Origin: an uncultured virus (IMG/VR IMGVR_UViG_3300033998_000455)
Lineage: Duplodnaviria; Heunggongvirae; Uroviricota; Caudoviricetes
IMG/VR virus record: IMGVR_UViG_3300033998_000455
DNA: 20,000 nt
Direction: 5' to 3' (one strand)
Shown one piece after another: positions 9,338-17,159 of this stretch. How positions within the stretch are numbered: position 1 is the stretch's first letter; every line of letters begins with the position of its first letter. The translations under genes and the position numbers were made by a program. The notes beneath the pieces were generated by a model. That model was not told the origin of the DNA, did not search any database, and was given only the letters and a program-made list of their open reading frames with translations.

Positions 9338-9397
9338 CTGCCACTATATTCATTTTTTGGACACACTTCCCACTATACTCATTATAGAAGGTCCGAA

Positions 9398-9481
9398 CTG
9401 TCAAAACAATTTCAAAAGCCTATCAATTCTCTCTCATTTGACTGTCAATTTCCTGTCAATTGACTCTCAATAAACTGTCAG
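9398..9481. repeat. Eight phased direct repeats with an 11-bp period (consensus CTSTCAA; TTGACAG on minus)
   Basis: Units start at 9398, 9409, 9420, 9431, 9442, 9453, 9464 and 9475. Confidence 0.85.
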
Positions 9482-9498
9482 TTTTAGTCCACATTCCT

Positions 9499-10065
9499 CT
9501 ATTGAAGCTTGTCCCAGTATTCTTTTAGAGGTGGGATTATGTACCCCCAAAGAGCAATCCCCATGAGTTCAGTTGCCTGTTTCTTATAGCGGTAATAGGT
9601 TGACTGGGTCAAATTCAACTTTCTCATGATGGCATCATCACAGATCACATCTTTATCAATGTAACAGTAAGTGATGATGTCATGGTATACCTGTCCATGC
9701 TTTGGATGGGTTTTTAGATGCTTTAGTGCCTTGTCCACGATTTCGATCATCTGCTTCGTTTCCGCAATACACATAAGCCTGTCTTCAATGGCTTTCTTAT
9801 CTTTAGTTAGATCATACTCGTCCAGCTCCAAACTTAAAAAATCAACCAGTTCAGAGATTCTATCGCTTCCGTACTCCTGTGCTGTCTCTTGAACCTCATA
9901 TATGGCAGTCTCTATCCTCCATACCACTGTCCGGTAAATGGATAGAAGAAGCTTTGTTTTATGAAATTGCTGTGTTTCTAGTTTCTTTGTTCCCCCCAAA
10001 GGCCTCACCCCTTTCAACCCCTTGGAAGATGGTTGTTGGTCTTGTAACTTTATATCTCTCTGCAT
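9499..10065 (-). CDS. ArpU/RinA-like putative transcriptional activator
   Basis: Helical protein with a C-terminal HTH, IITYCYID...AIMRKLNLTQSTYYRYKKQA; RBS AAGGAGG. Confidence 0.65.
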   Translation of the reverse strand: MQRDIKLQDQQPSSKGLKGVRPLGGTKKLETQQFHKTKLLLSIYRTVVWRIETAIYEVQETAQEYGSDRISELVDFLSLELDEYDLTKDKKAIEDRLMCIAETKQMIEIVDKALKHLKTHPKHGQVYHDIITYCYIDKDVICDDAIMRKLNLTQSTYYRYKKQATELMGIALWGYIIPPLKEYWDKLQ

Positions 10066-10113
10066 TTTTGAGCCTCCTTTTCAGAATTATCTGTGGCGAA
10101 AAGGCTTATTTAT

Positions 10114-10142
10114 ATTATATAACCGAACATACGTTCTGTCTA
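10114..10142 (-). promoter_or_regulatory. Sigma-A promoter (TAGACA-17-TATAAT) with a LexA/SOS box in the spacer
   Basis: -35 at 10137-10142 and -10 at 10114-10119 on minus. CGAACATACGTTCT (10124-10137) matches the Firmicutes consensus CGAACRNRYGTTCG at 13/14. Confidence 0.85.
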
Positions 10143-10235
10143 ATATAATATTCCTTTTCTTTTCAGCAGATGCCTCTAAAGCTGTTAAATCAACGTTTAT
10201 AGGGTTACATTAATTTTTCACGGGTGAAATATTGT

Positions 10236-10265
10236 ATTTACTCACATTTCACCAAACTGCGTAAT
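10236..10265. promoter_or_regulatory. Putative repressor operator (ATTTCAC-N6-GCGTAA)
   Basis: 25/30 identical to 12107-12136 upstream of the XRE gene. Confidence 0.6.
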
Positions 10266-10273
10266 GGTTAGGT

Positions 10274-10298
10274 AAAAAAAACTAGCGAACTAGTTTTT
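10274..10298 (-). terminator. Intrinsic terminator after the immA-like gene (possibly bidirectional)
   Basis: AAAAACTAG-CGAA-CTAGTTTTT; UUCG loop and U-tract on the minus strand, 11 bp past the stop codon. Confidence 0.7.
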
Positions 10299-10309
10299 CT
10301 TTTGTACTA

Positions 10310-11137
10310 TTAGAACAGTCGAAACTGACTATTTTCTTCTTCAAGGGACTTCGTATCTCTTATAAAGCCAAACTTTCTCAGCTTCACATATGCGGCTGAT
10401 TTAGATACCCCATAGGCATCGACTATGACTTTCGTCAATTTTTCTTTAGCGAAGAAGCGCTCTTTGAGTCCCGCATCTTCAATTACATACCCTTCGGTTA
10501 TTCCATTGGCTTTTAAAGTCTCAAGTACTAACGGTACGAATGTCGCCTTTGGCATTGCAATGGCAGATGCAAAATAATCAGCCTGGTGCTCCCGCCATTC
10601 TTCAGGTGTTCGATAACCTTTCCACGTTCGGCCAAAACTCTCAATGTCAGACCGCCTACAACATGTCACAGGTTTTATGGGTTCTGTATCACTACTAAAA
10701 AGAGAGAGCTGTTCTGCCGGTTCTGAATAAACCATTGGGTGCAACCATAGATGTCCACCTTCGTGTAAACCGGTAAACAGCTCCAATCCTTCTCGACCTT
10801 CCTCTGTTACATAATGGTCTAAAACAACTGAGTTCTTTTCAAGGGTCAGGTGCCTTGTACAAAGATTCTCCTGATCGAAGATTTTCAGTCTTTCTTCATT
10901 AAAGGCCGTCACCCCGAAGATTTGACCTTCATCCTCGCCATAATAGATGTGCTGATACTCAAGATTTGCACCTAGATATGATTCGAGAAAATGTTCGTAT
11001 TTAATTTTTCTTGGTTCTTTTAGGAGTGCCGATTTATAATCCTTCAGCAGCATCTCCGCCAGTTCATCAAGCTCCACGTCCTTGATCACAGGTGTGTTGC
11101 TCTTCTTGTCTATTTTATTCCATCGGAATTCAATCAA
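10310..11137 (-). CDS. ImmA/IrrE family zinc metallopeptidase (anti-repressor)
   Basis: FTGLHEGGHLWLH (HExxH) and EHQADYFASAIAMP; downstream of an XRE gene; TTG start. Confidence 0.9.
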   Translation of the reverse strand: MIEFRWNKIDKKSNTPVIKDVELDELAEMLLKDYKSALLKEPRKIKYEHFLESYLGANLEYQHIYYGEDEGQIFGVTAFNEERLKIFDQENLCTRHLTLEKNSVVLDHYVTEEGREGLELFTGLHEGGHLWLHPMVYSEPAEQLSLFSSDTEPIKPVTCCRRSDIESFGRTWKGYRTPEEWREHQADYFASAIAMPKATFVPLVLETLKANGITEGYVIEDAGLKERFFAKEKLTKVIVDAYGVSKSAAYVKLRKFGFIRDTKSLEEENSQFRLF

Positions 11138-11412
11138 AACTGATCACCACTCTTTCGCATTCTTGTCGGGATAAAGCAACCGCGCCTAATACGGGCTTTA
11201 TTAACAACAAATGTTTGTATTCGGTATTACCTCTTTGCTTCAAAATATGTCTTTAAAATTCTCTAATAAATAATTTGGTTATATAATCTAACATGAAATA
11301 AGTGGTTTTAAATTATTTTAAAATATTTTTCAATGGTTTTATTTTTTTCTCTACTAGGCTCTTTAAGTTTTTAATTTTGGATTATCGTTTTGAGGGCATA
11401 TTCACATTTTAT

Positions 11413-11605
11413 ATAATTGATCTTCTTTTTTTAGTAGCTCTTATTTTTAAGTATTCTTTGTTTTGAGTGATTTTCATTTTAATTGATTTTCATTTAATCG
11501 ATTTTTATATAGTTGATTTTCTCACTTTAATTTGACTTATCATTTTTTAAGTTGGCTTTTCACTTTTTAAATTAGCTTTCATTTCTAATCGATCTTCTCT
11601 TAAAT
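11413..11605. repeat. Degenerate AT-rich tandem repeat, about 11 units of 15-20 bp
   Basis: Units such as AATTGATTTTCATTT, AGTGATTTTCATTTT, AATCGATTTTTATAT, AGTTGATTTTCTCACTTT, AAGTTGGCTTTTCACTTTTT and AAATTAGCTTTCATTTCT. Confidence 0.6.
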
Positions 11606-11641
11606 TATCCATTGCCCATTATAAAATATGTTTTACTCTTT

Positions 11642-12049
11642 TCATTCGCTAGTATTATTTTTCTTTTCCATATCTCTTATAAACTGTTTCCAATCATCTT
11701 CACTTATCTTTCCTGCGTTAGATTTCCTTAAGGCGAGTCTCGCCATATCCCCTATTTCACCATACATCATGATATCTTCAATATCCGATGGCACCTCACC
11801 GCGATCCCTGGCTGCAAGGTCATACATCATTGCTTTTTCTTCATCATCGAGATCAAATAGTTCTGCAAACAGTTCCATCTTGTCCTTATCAAAGGGCTTC
11901 CTTCTGTTATTTTCAACATCGCTTAGAAATGAAAGAGATATTCCGAGCATTTTAGAAACTTCTTTTAGTGTTAGTTCATCTGGATGTTCTTGTCTCTTCT
12001 TCTTAATGAAATCTCCAAACCTAATATACTTTTCTCTCACGATTTGCAC
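11642..12049 (-). CDS. XRE family transcriptional repressor (ImmR-like)
   Basis: FGDFIKKKR...LTLKEVSKMLGISLSFLSDVENNRRKP HTH; upstream of the immA-like gene; RBS AAGGAGG. Confidence 0.9.
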   Translation of the reverse strand: MQIVREKYIRFGDFIKKKRQEHPDELTLKEVSKMLGISLSFLSDVENNRRKPFDKDKMELFAELFDLDDEEKAMMYDLAARDRGEVPSDIEDIMMYGEIGDMARLALRKSNAGKISEDDWKQFIRDMEKKNNTSE

Positions 12050-12106
12050 CTCCTTTCATTCTGAGGTGAACTGTTGAAAATAATATTCTCTCGTTCATCT
12101 TTTATC

Positions 12107-12188
12107 ATTTACTCATATTTCACCTTATAGCGTAATTCTACTACAAAAAAATGTTGTGGTCAATACCCTATTTCACAAATTTGCGTAA
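12107..12188 (-). promoter_or_regulatory. Promoter of the XRE gene (TTGACC-17-TAGAAT) flanked by two operator boxes
   Basis: -35 at 12158-12163, -10 at 12135-12140; ATTTCAC-N6-GCGTAA boxes at 12117-12135 and 12170-12188. Confidence 0.7.
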
Positions 12189-12234
12189 AAATTTTATTTC
12201 AGAATATGATCTCTTACCAGACAGTTAAAACCTA

Positions 12235-12567
12235 CTATTTGAGCAGTTTGAGAAGATCCTCTAAAGGCTCATACTCTTTGTCGTTAAAGACGTACTTCTG
12301 TACTTCACCATTAATAGTAGCTGTGATCAACCCCATCACTTGGCCTGGATTCTTCTTAAAGGTCATGGGCAGCTCACCAAAGAACTCTGACCCAAAGGAT
12401 GATTCAATAAAGTCCAGTTCATTGAGATGAATCGTTCTGATAAAGTTCAAAATGTTAAACTTGATCTGTTCTTCGAGACTCAAATCTCCAGCTTTCAGCA
12501 TTTTCTTTACTTCTACTTCTGAATACTTCAATTGGCCATCCCCTTTCAGTTCACTTCCTATACTCAT
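12235..12567 (-). CDS. Hypothetical protein (true start may be TTG at 12531)
   Basis: Open frame; the RBS-like AAGGGG precedes the in-frame TTG at 12531. Confidence 0.7.
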   Translation of the reverse strand: MSIGSELKGDGQLKYSEVEVKKMLKAGDLSLEEQIKFNILNFIRTIHLNELDFIESSFGSEFFGELPMTFKKNPGQVMGLITATINGEVQKYVFNDKEYEPLEDLLKLLK

Positions 12568-12623
12568 CGTCAGTCACTTTGTAATATTCGTGCTTAATCT
12601 TGTCCCACTCAGTTTTCTTGTAA

Positions 12624-13259
12624 CTATCTATTCTTAAACTCTGCCATTTCATTTGGTGTGAATCCGTTGTTCTCAGGGACTCTAGTATTATTTGCAAGTT
12701 CTCTGATGAGTCCCATGAGCTCATTTACATCCTTTTCATTTTTTATTTTAAGTTCCCTGTTTTCGAATAGATATCCTATATTCGCGAGGCTATCAGCAGA
12801 CTTGCAGTAGCGCTGAATTTCTAATGCTAGTTCATCTGCCCTAGATTTTCGCCAGAATCTTTTCCTGAAGAATCGTCTCACCGCTTCAAACTGCTCATTT
12901 ACCTCAAAATACTCAAGGTGCGCATACTTCAATAGCTCTTCTTTTTCAGGAATATAGTATGGTTTCCCTGCTTTCTGTCTCATAACCTCATCAAAATTCT
13001 CAAAAGCCATTATGAGGGCACTAACAAAATATTCATCTTTGATTCCGATATATGTCTCAATGTTTCTAGTTCTTTCATCTTCTTCTATTAATCTCAAGTC
13101 ATCAAGACTGATTTGATAATCGTTTTGTTTGTTGATGATCTCTATAACCTTTTCTCTATGGATAACACCATAGAGATTGACCATAGCTTGGATGTAGGTG
13201 TAGATTTCATTGTAAACTTCTGGATCCATTCCCGGAGCAGTTGTCTTTTTATTTACCAT
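12624..13259 (-). CDS. Hypothetical protein resembling the helical body of SEC-C-domain proteins
   Basis: AMVNLYGVI, KPYYIPEKEELLKY and NNTRVPENNGFTPNE resemble Firmicutes SEC-C motif proteins, but the CPCGS tail is absent. Confidence 0.65.
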   Translation of the reverse strand: MVNKKTTAPGMDPEVYNEIYTYIQAMVNLYGVIHREKVIEIINKQNDYQISLDDLRLIEEDERTRNIETYIGIKDEYFVSALIMAFENFDEVMRQKAGKPYYIPEKEELLKYAHLEYFEVNEQFEAVRRFFRKRFWRKSRADELALEIQRYCKSADSLANIGYLFENRELKIKNEKDVNELMGLIRELANNTRVPENNGFTPNEMAEFKNR

Positions 13260-13308
13260 TGTAACATCACCCCCATTTTATAACAGGGTTAACAGGCGTA
13301 CAATTCGC

Positions 13309-14433
13309 TTAGAACTCATCACTTACGAGATACTTTGTATATTTCATCCAATGCTTGATGTTGTTTAAAGCTTCATCAACACCCTCAATATCTAACCAAA
13401 GCACATTATCCTTATCAAGAATCTGCATTCTATGTTTTCTTCCATTAAGCTTTACTCTGCCAATTTGCATATTGTCAACCTGGAAATTTATAGTTCTATC
13501 GCTCATTACATTATAGCTTAACTTCTCACGCACCCCTAAATCCTCAAGTTTCTCTTCGAGGGTATTAATAAATAATTTTTCATTGTCATTTAACTTAGAT
13601 AGTTTATCTAGTTGATCGGCCTGACGTTGCAACTCGAAGTTTCCTCTTATTTTTAGGCACTTTTTCATAACCTCAAATGTTGATTCACAATCTGATAATG
13701 CTCTATGCCCGGTGTTTTCAATTCCAAAATGCTTTTTAATTGTATCTAGCTTTCTATTCGGCGTTTCTTTAGATCCTACGGATTGCTTAACTAGATCAAG
13801 TACATCGAACACTTCCACTCTATCGATTTTCTTTTTGCTTCGAGCAAATGCAACACCGAGAAATTTCAAATCAAATTCAACGTTATACCCTGCTATAATC
13901 TTACCGTTGATTCTATCATATACTTCATCAATAACCTCGTATATTCTTGGTTTGTCTACAACCATTTCTTTCGTTATTCCATTAACTCTTGATGCTGCAT
14001 CAGGAATCAAAGAGTCAGGATTTATTAGTTGATTGTAGCTATCGATTTTTTCACTATTTTTGTAATGAACTATTCCGATTTCAAGTATGCGATCATAGTT
14101 TTCATCGAAGCCTGTTGTTTCAATGTCAAGCATCACAAACTCCTCAGGCATCCTATCTAACTCATACATCTTCCTAATCTGTGAGATTCCACTAGAATAA
14201 ACCTTTTGATAATAACTAGGAGTCTTAGGTGAAATCACTTTAGAATCATCATGTTTTAATGCCTTTGAGGACTTCTGATTGCCTTTTGATTTCAAGTAAC
14301 TCTTAACAAATAGGAAGGTTATACCTCCAAAAATTAGGGTGAAAATAAAATCGCCAACACTATGTATATCAGTTAATGATACTAAAGTAAACAGTCCAAA
14401 GAACGCTATGCCAATAATTTTTAAAATTCTCAT
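13309..14433 (-). CDS. DEDDh (DnaQ-like) 3'-5' exonuclease with an N-terminal membrane anchor
   Basis: ExoI LDIETTG, ExoII GYNVEFDL, ExoIII HRALSDC; two hydrophobic segments in the first ~45 aa. Confidence 0.85.
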   Translation of the reverse strand: MRILKIIGIAFFGLFTLVSLTDIHSVGDFIFTLIFGGITFLFVKSYLKSKGNQKSSKALKHDDSKVISPKTPSYYQKVYSSGISQIRKMYELDRMPEEFVMLDIETTGFDENYDRILEIGIVHYKNSEKIDSYNQLINPDSLIPDAASRVNGITKEMVVDKPRIYEVIDEVYDRINGKIIAGYNVEFDLKFLGVAFARSKKKIDRVEVFDVLDLVKQSVGSKETPNRKLDTIKKHFGIENTGHRALSDCESTFEVMKKCLKIRGNFELQRQADQLDKLSKLNDNEKLFINTLEEKLEDLGVREKLSYNVMSDRTINFQVDNMQIGRVKLNGRKHRMQILDKDNVLWLDIEGVDEALNNIKHWMKYTKYLVSDEF

Positions 14434-14486
14434 TTAATCGCCTCCTCAAATCATAACGTAGTTAACTGCATCTAGAATGTATGTTG

Positions 14487-14793
14487 AATAATCAGGCAAG
14501 CTAAAGTTCAATTCTTTACATTAACCTTTTGGGGGATACGGATCATTCCCATGTGAATCTTTGCTTTGAATCTTACCATCTTTACCATGAATAACTAACT
14601 CCGTGCCTTGATTTTTGCTGATATCTCTTGCAATTCTTTCCGCTTCGGCTTTGGTATCAGTATGGTGACTAGCTTTCTGGCCACCACCCCTTTTAACATT
14701 CCAACCGCCATCTTGATTTGGTACTACATGATGTGTGTCTTGTTTTGCCATTTAAGACCTCCTAAAATTGCTATATGTGCTTGCCTGATTATT
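14487..14793. repeat. 15-bp perfect inverted repeats enclosing the DUF2188 gene
   Basis: AATAATCAGGCAAGC (14487-14501) and GCTTGCCTGATTATT (14779-14793). Confidence 0.85.
14521..14751 (-). CDS. DUF2188 domain protein
   Basis: HHVVPNQDGGWNVKRGG...ELVIHGKDGKIQSKDSHGNDP is the characteristic pattern; RBS AGGAGG. Confidence 0.9.
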   Translation of the reverse strand: MAKQDTHHVVPNQDGGWNVKRGGGQKASHHTDTKAEAERIARDISKNQGTELVIHGKDGKIQSKDSHGNDPYPPKG

Positions 14794-14811
14794 ATCGTCT
14801 CATAAAATTGA

Positions 14812-14840
14812 CTACTCATCTTCGCCTCTATGCTCCACAT
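14812..14840 (-). repeat. 29-bp direct repeat copy (27/29) of the 3' end of the gene at 18067-18696
   Basis: CTACTCATCTTCGCCTCTATGCTCCACAT versus CTACTCATCTTCTCCTCGATGCTCCACAT (18067-18095); both read VEHRGEDE* on the minus strand. Confidence 0.9.
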
Positions 14841-14924
14841 CTAGTAAAACCAAGGAAACAGTCCTTCTGGTTTGTATCCTTATGCTTTTTAAAATATGTC
14901 AGGTGCTCATTGAAAATTGCATCA

Positions 14925-16637
14925 TCACCTTTTGAAAAATTGGCTGACATCCTCTCCATCATACACATAATTTCTGGCATTGCGCAAAGCTTTATTAGAC
15001 ACAAGAGACCCGTCCACAAGGGAGTATTTTCTTATTCTGTTGTTATATATAAAAGTAACATCTTGATTAGTCAGGAAAACATAGCGCAATCGTCTATTTA
15101 CCAGGCTTTGATTTGGAATGCTTTCAAGTTCATTAACAAAGATCCAGTGATTACTAACATTTCGAAAAAGAAAGACTCCTTGATTACTACCGTGAATTAT
15201 AGCAAACAAATATTTACCCGACTGATCGAAAAATGCCTTACTTACATGGGATGAAAACACTACTTCATAATCAACTACAGTACTTTCCTCGTTTACTATT
15301 AAAAATGAAAAGTTTAGTGTCTTTACAGACCATCTACCGTCAGAAGAAGTGCACAGCTTTTTTTCAATAGGCAATCTTTTTTCTGTTCCAGACAATGTCT
15401 TATCTTTTAGATAAGTCACTGCAATATCATCCGTACGAAAAATAGACACAGCCGAGCGAGCAATTCCAAGTTTCGCAATTAACTTTTCAAGATTATCCAG
15501 ATTATGTAGTCCGTGACATGCGAAATACCAGCGGACATCTTTGATATTAGGAATCCTTGATACGATTTCGGAAAAATAGTCCCAATCCACAGGCGAAAGA
15601 GAGTGACCGATTGTAACGATATCTTCTATTTTATTTAAACCTGCGAAAAATGCATCTTGATCATAGATAATATCTTTGCTATTCTTTGTCAATGCTTCAT
15701 CGCCTTCACTGATTAGTCGAATTACACTATCCTGAGCAACATCAATCGTTGAAAGTTTAAATGGATCTTTTATCCACTTTAAAGAATTGCCATCAAAATC
15801 ATATGAGTATGTATCTTCCCGAGGCATGTGCCCTAATATCAATCTTTCCTTTGGAAAATACTTCTTCTTTCGTCGACAGCCATGAATATAACAAATGTTA
15901 TCTTCGTGAAATCCGTAAAGTGTCTCAATAAACTCTGTATAATTAAAACAAAGAACCTGTCCATTTTTCCTCAATATATCTTGTAGAGGCCGGTCATCAG
16001 TTCCTATTGAAAGTGATTCGACCCACATACGAAAGCGTCGTGGCAATTCATTTACAACTGTCATAATTGGATTTGCTGCTGCTTCAGTCGCTTGGAAGAA
16101 TTCAGATGCACCAGCATCTTCATCATATGCACCTAATATATCTAGCCAATTGTCAACAATCACACCATTGCTCATGGCATTTGTATTAAAATGTGCGAGA
16201 GCTTCTTCAAAATCTGCCCAAATATCCTCAAAGGTTATAAAATTCTCAAGGGCGTGGAGAAGTGCACTGTTTTTTCCCAAAGTATCCCTAAACGCATAAT
16301 AACTCGACCGTACCCCATGCATTAAATCAAATCCATTTCCAATTACATAAAGAACATGGTCGTTAGAAAAATGAATATCGTCCTTTGCGACAACCCTCCA
16401 CTCATTCAATCGATGATTAAATGTTTTTTTATCTTCTGACTTTTTTTGCTGCCATTTTTCATTTTCTATTCGCTCTATTTCTTTTTCTCGCTGTTCCTGT
16501 GTAGCCTTGCGACACAATGGACAGTGTTTAGGATTTGCATAGCCTCGTTGCTCAAAAAGTTCTCTCTCATAATTTCTAAACAAAAATGCCTTACCGCACA
16601 TTTCACAAGATAGTTCTTGGGTGTTATAAATTAGCAT
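14925..16637 (-). CDS. abiH: AbiH family abortive-infection protein with an N-terminal zinc ribbon
   Basis: LYVIGNGFDLMHG, FNYT, YIHG, LILGH and IGHSLSPVDWDYF are AbiH/SIR2-like motifs. The N-terminus has CEMC...PKHCPLCR. The likely start is ATG 16637 after RBS GAGGAGG (the ORF track starts at 16658). Confidence 0.85.
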   Translation of the reverse strand: MLIYNTQELSCEMCGKAFLFRNYERELFEQRGYANPKHCPLCRKATQEQREKEIERIENEKWQQKKSEDKKTFNHRLNEWRVVAKDDIHFSNDHVLYVIGNGFDLMHGVRSSYYAFRDTLGKNSALLHALENFITFEDIWADFEEALAHFNTNAMSNGVIVDNWLDILGAYDEDAGASEFFQATEAAANPIMTVVNELPRRFRMWVESLSIGTDDRPLQDILRKNGQVLCFNYTEFIETLYGFHEDNICYIHGCRRKKKYFPKERLILGHMPREDTYSYDFDGNSLKWIKDPFKLSTIDVAQDSVIRLISEGDEALTKNSKDIIYDQDAFFAGLNKIEDIVTIGHSLSPVDWDYFSEIVSRIPNIKDVRWYFACHGLHNLDNLEKLIAKLGIARSAVSIFRTDDIAVTYLKDKTLSGTEKRLPIEKKLCTSSDGRWSVKTLNFSFLIVNEESTVVDYEVVFSSHVSKAFFDQSGKYLFAIIHGSNQGVFLFRNVSNHWIFVNELESIPNQSLVNRRLRYVFLTNQDVTFIYNNRIRKYSLVDGSLVSNKALRNARNYVYDGEDVSQFFKR

Positions 16638-16674
16638 ATGATACCAACACCTCCTCACATCTCATATCATTCAC

Positions 16675-17150
16675 TTAGGATGAACTTCCAGCAAAATTCA
16701 ACCCAATAAAACCTAAGTTAAGTGAATAGCCTGTAAGTCTGTTCGATTTTATTAAACCTTTCACACCTTCAAATATCATAAGGCATCCCTCCTTCATAAG
16801 TCTCGCTGGTTTGTTATGTTCATCCATTGGATCTTGAGGGAAATCCATCCTAAGCAAATGATTATATTTTTCCGTTGATACAATGATATCTTTATCAATA
16901 AAATTACTACCAGCTATTTCTATGGTCTGTAAATCCACCTGGATCTAAGTTGTACATCGCCATATAGCTTTCCTTCAAATTGCCTTTCGAGCTTTCTTCT
17001 TTGCAGTCTTGATAATTTGTAATTCAAATGTTCCAAGACAGTGTGGCCCTTATCATTAAGTAGCTGAATCACTTGATCTTCTGATACTTCGTTAATACAC
17101 AATACCTTTCAGCATCAGATTTTGAAACAAGAGTTGATTCTTTTACTATT
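16675..17150 (-). pseudogene. Probable degraded gene remnant (short overlapping ORFs in different frames)
   Basis: ORFs of 60 and 87 aa overlap and have weak start signals; no recognisable domain. Confidence 0.35.
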
Positions 17151-17159
17151 TTCGCTACA

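Noticed and set aside
11413..11605. Possible CRISPR array
   Set aside because: Units are contiguous, degenerate and variable in length, with no unique spacers.
14775..15254. 159-aa plus-strand and 63-aa minus-strand ORFs
   Set aside because: They overlap the abiH 3' end and the repeat region and have no coding signals.
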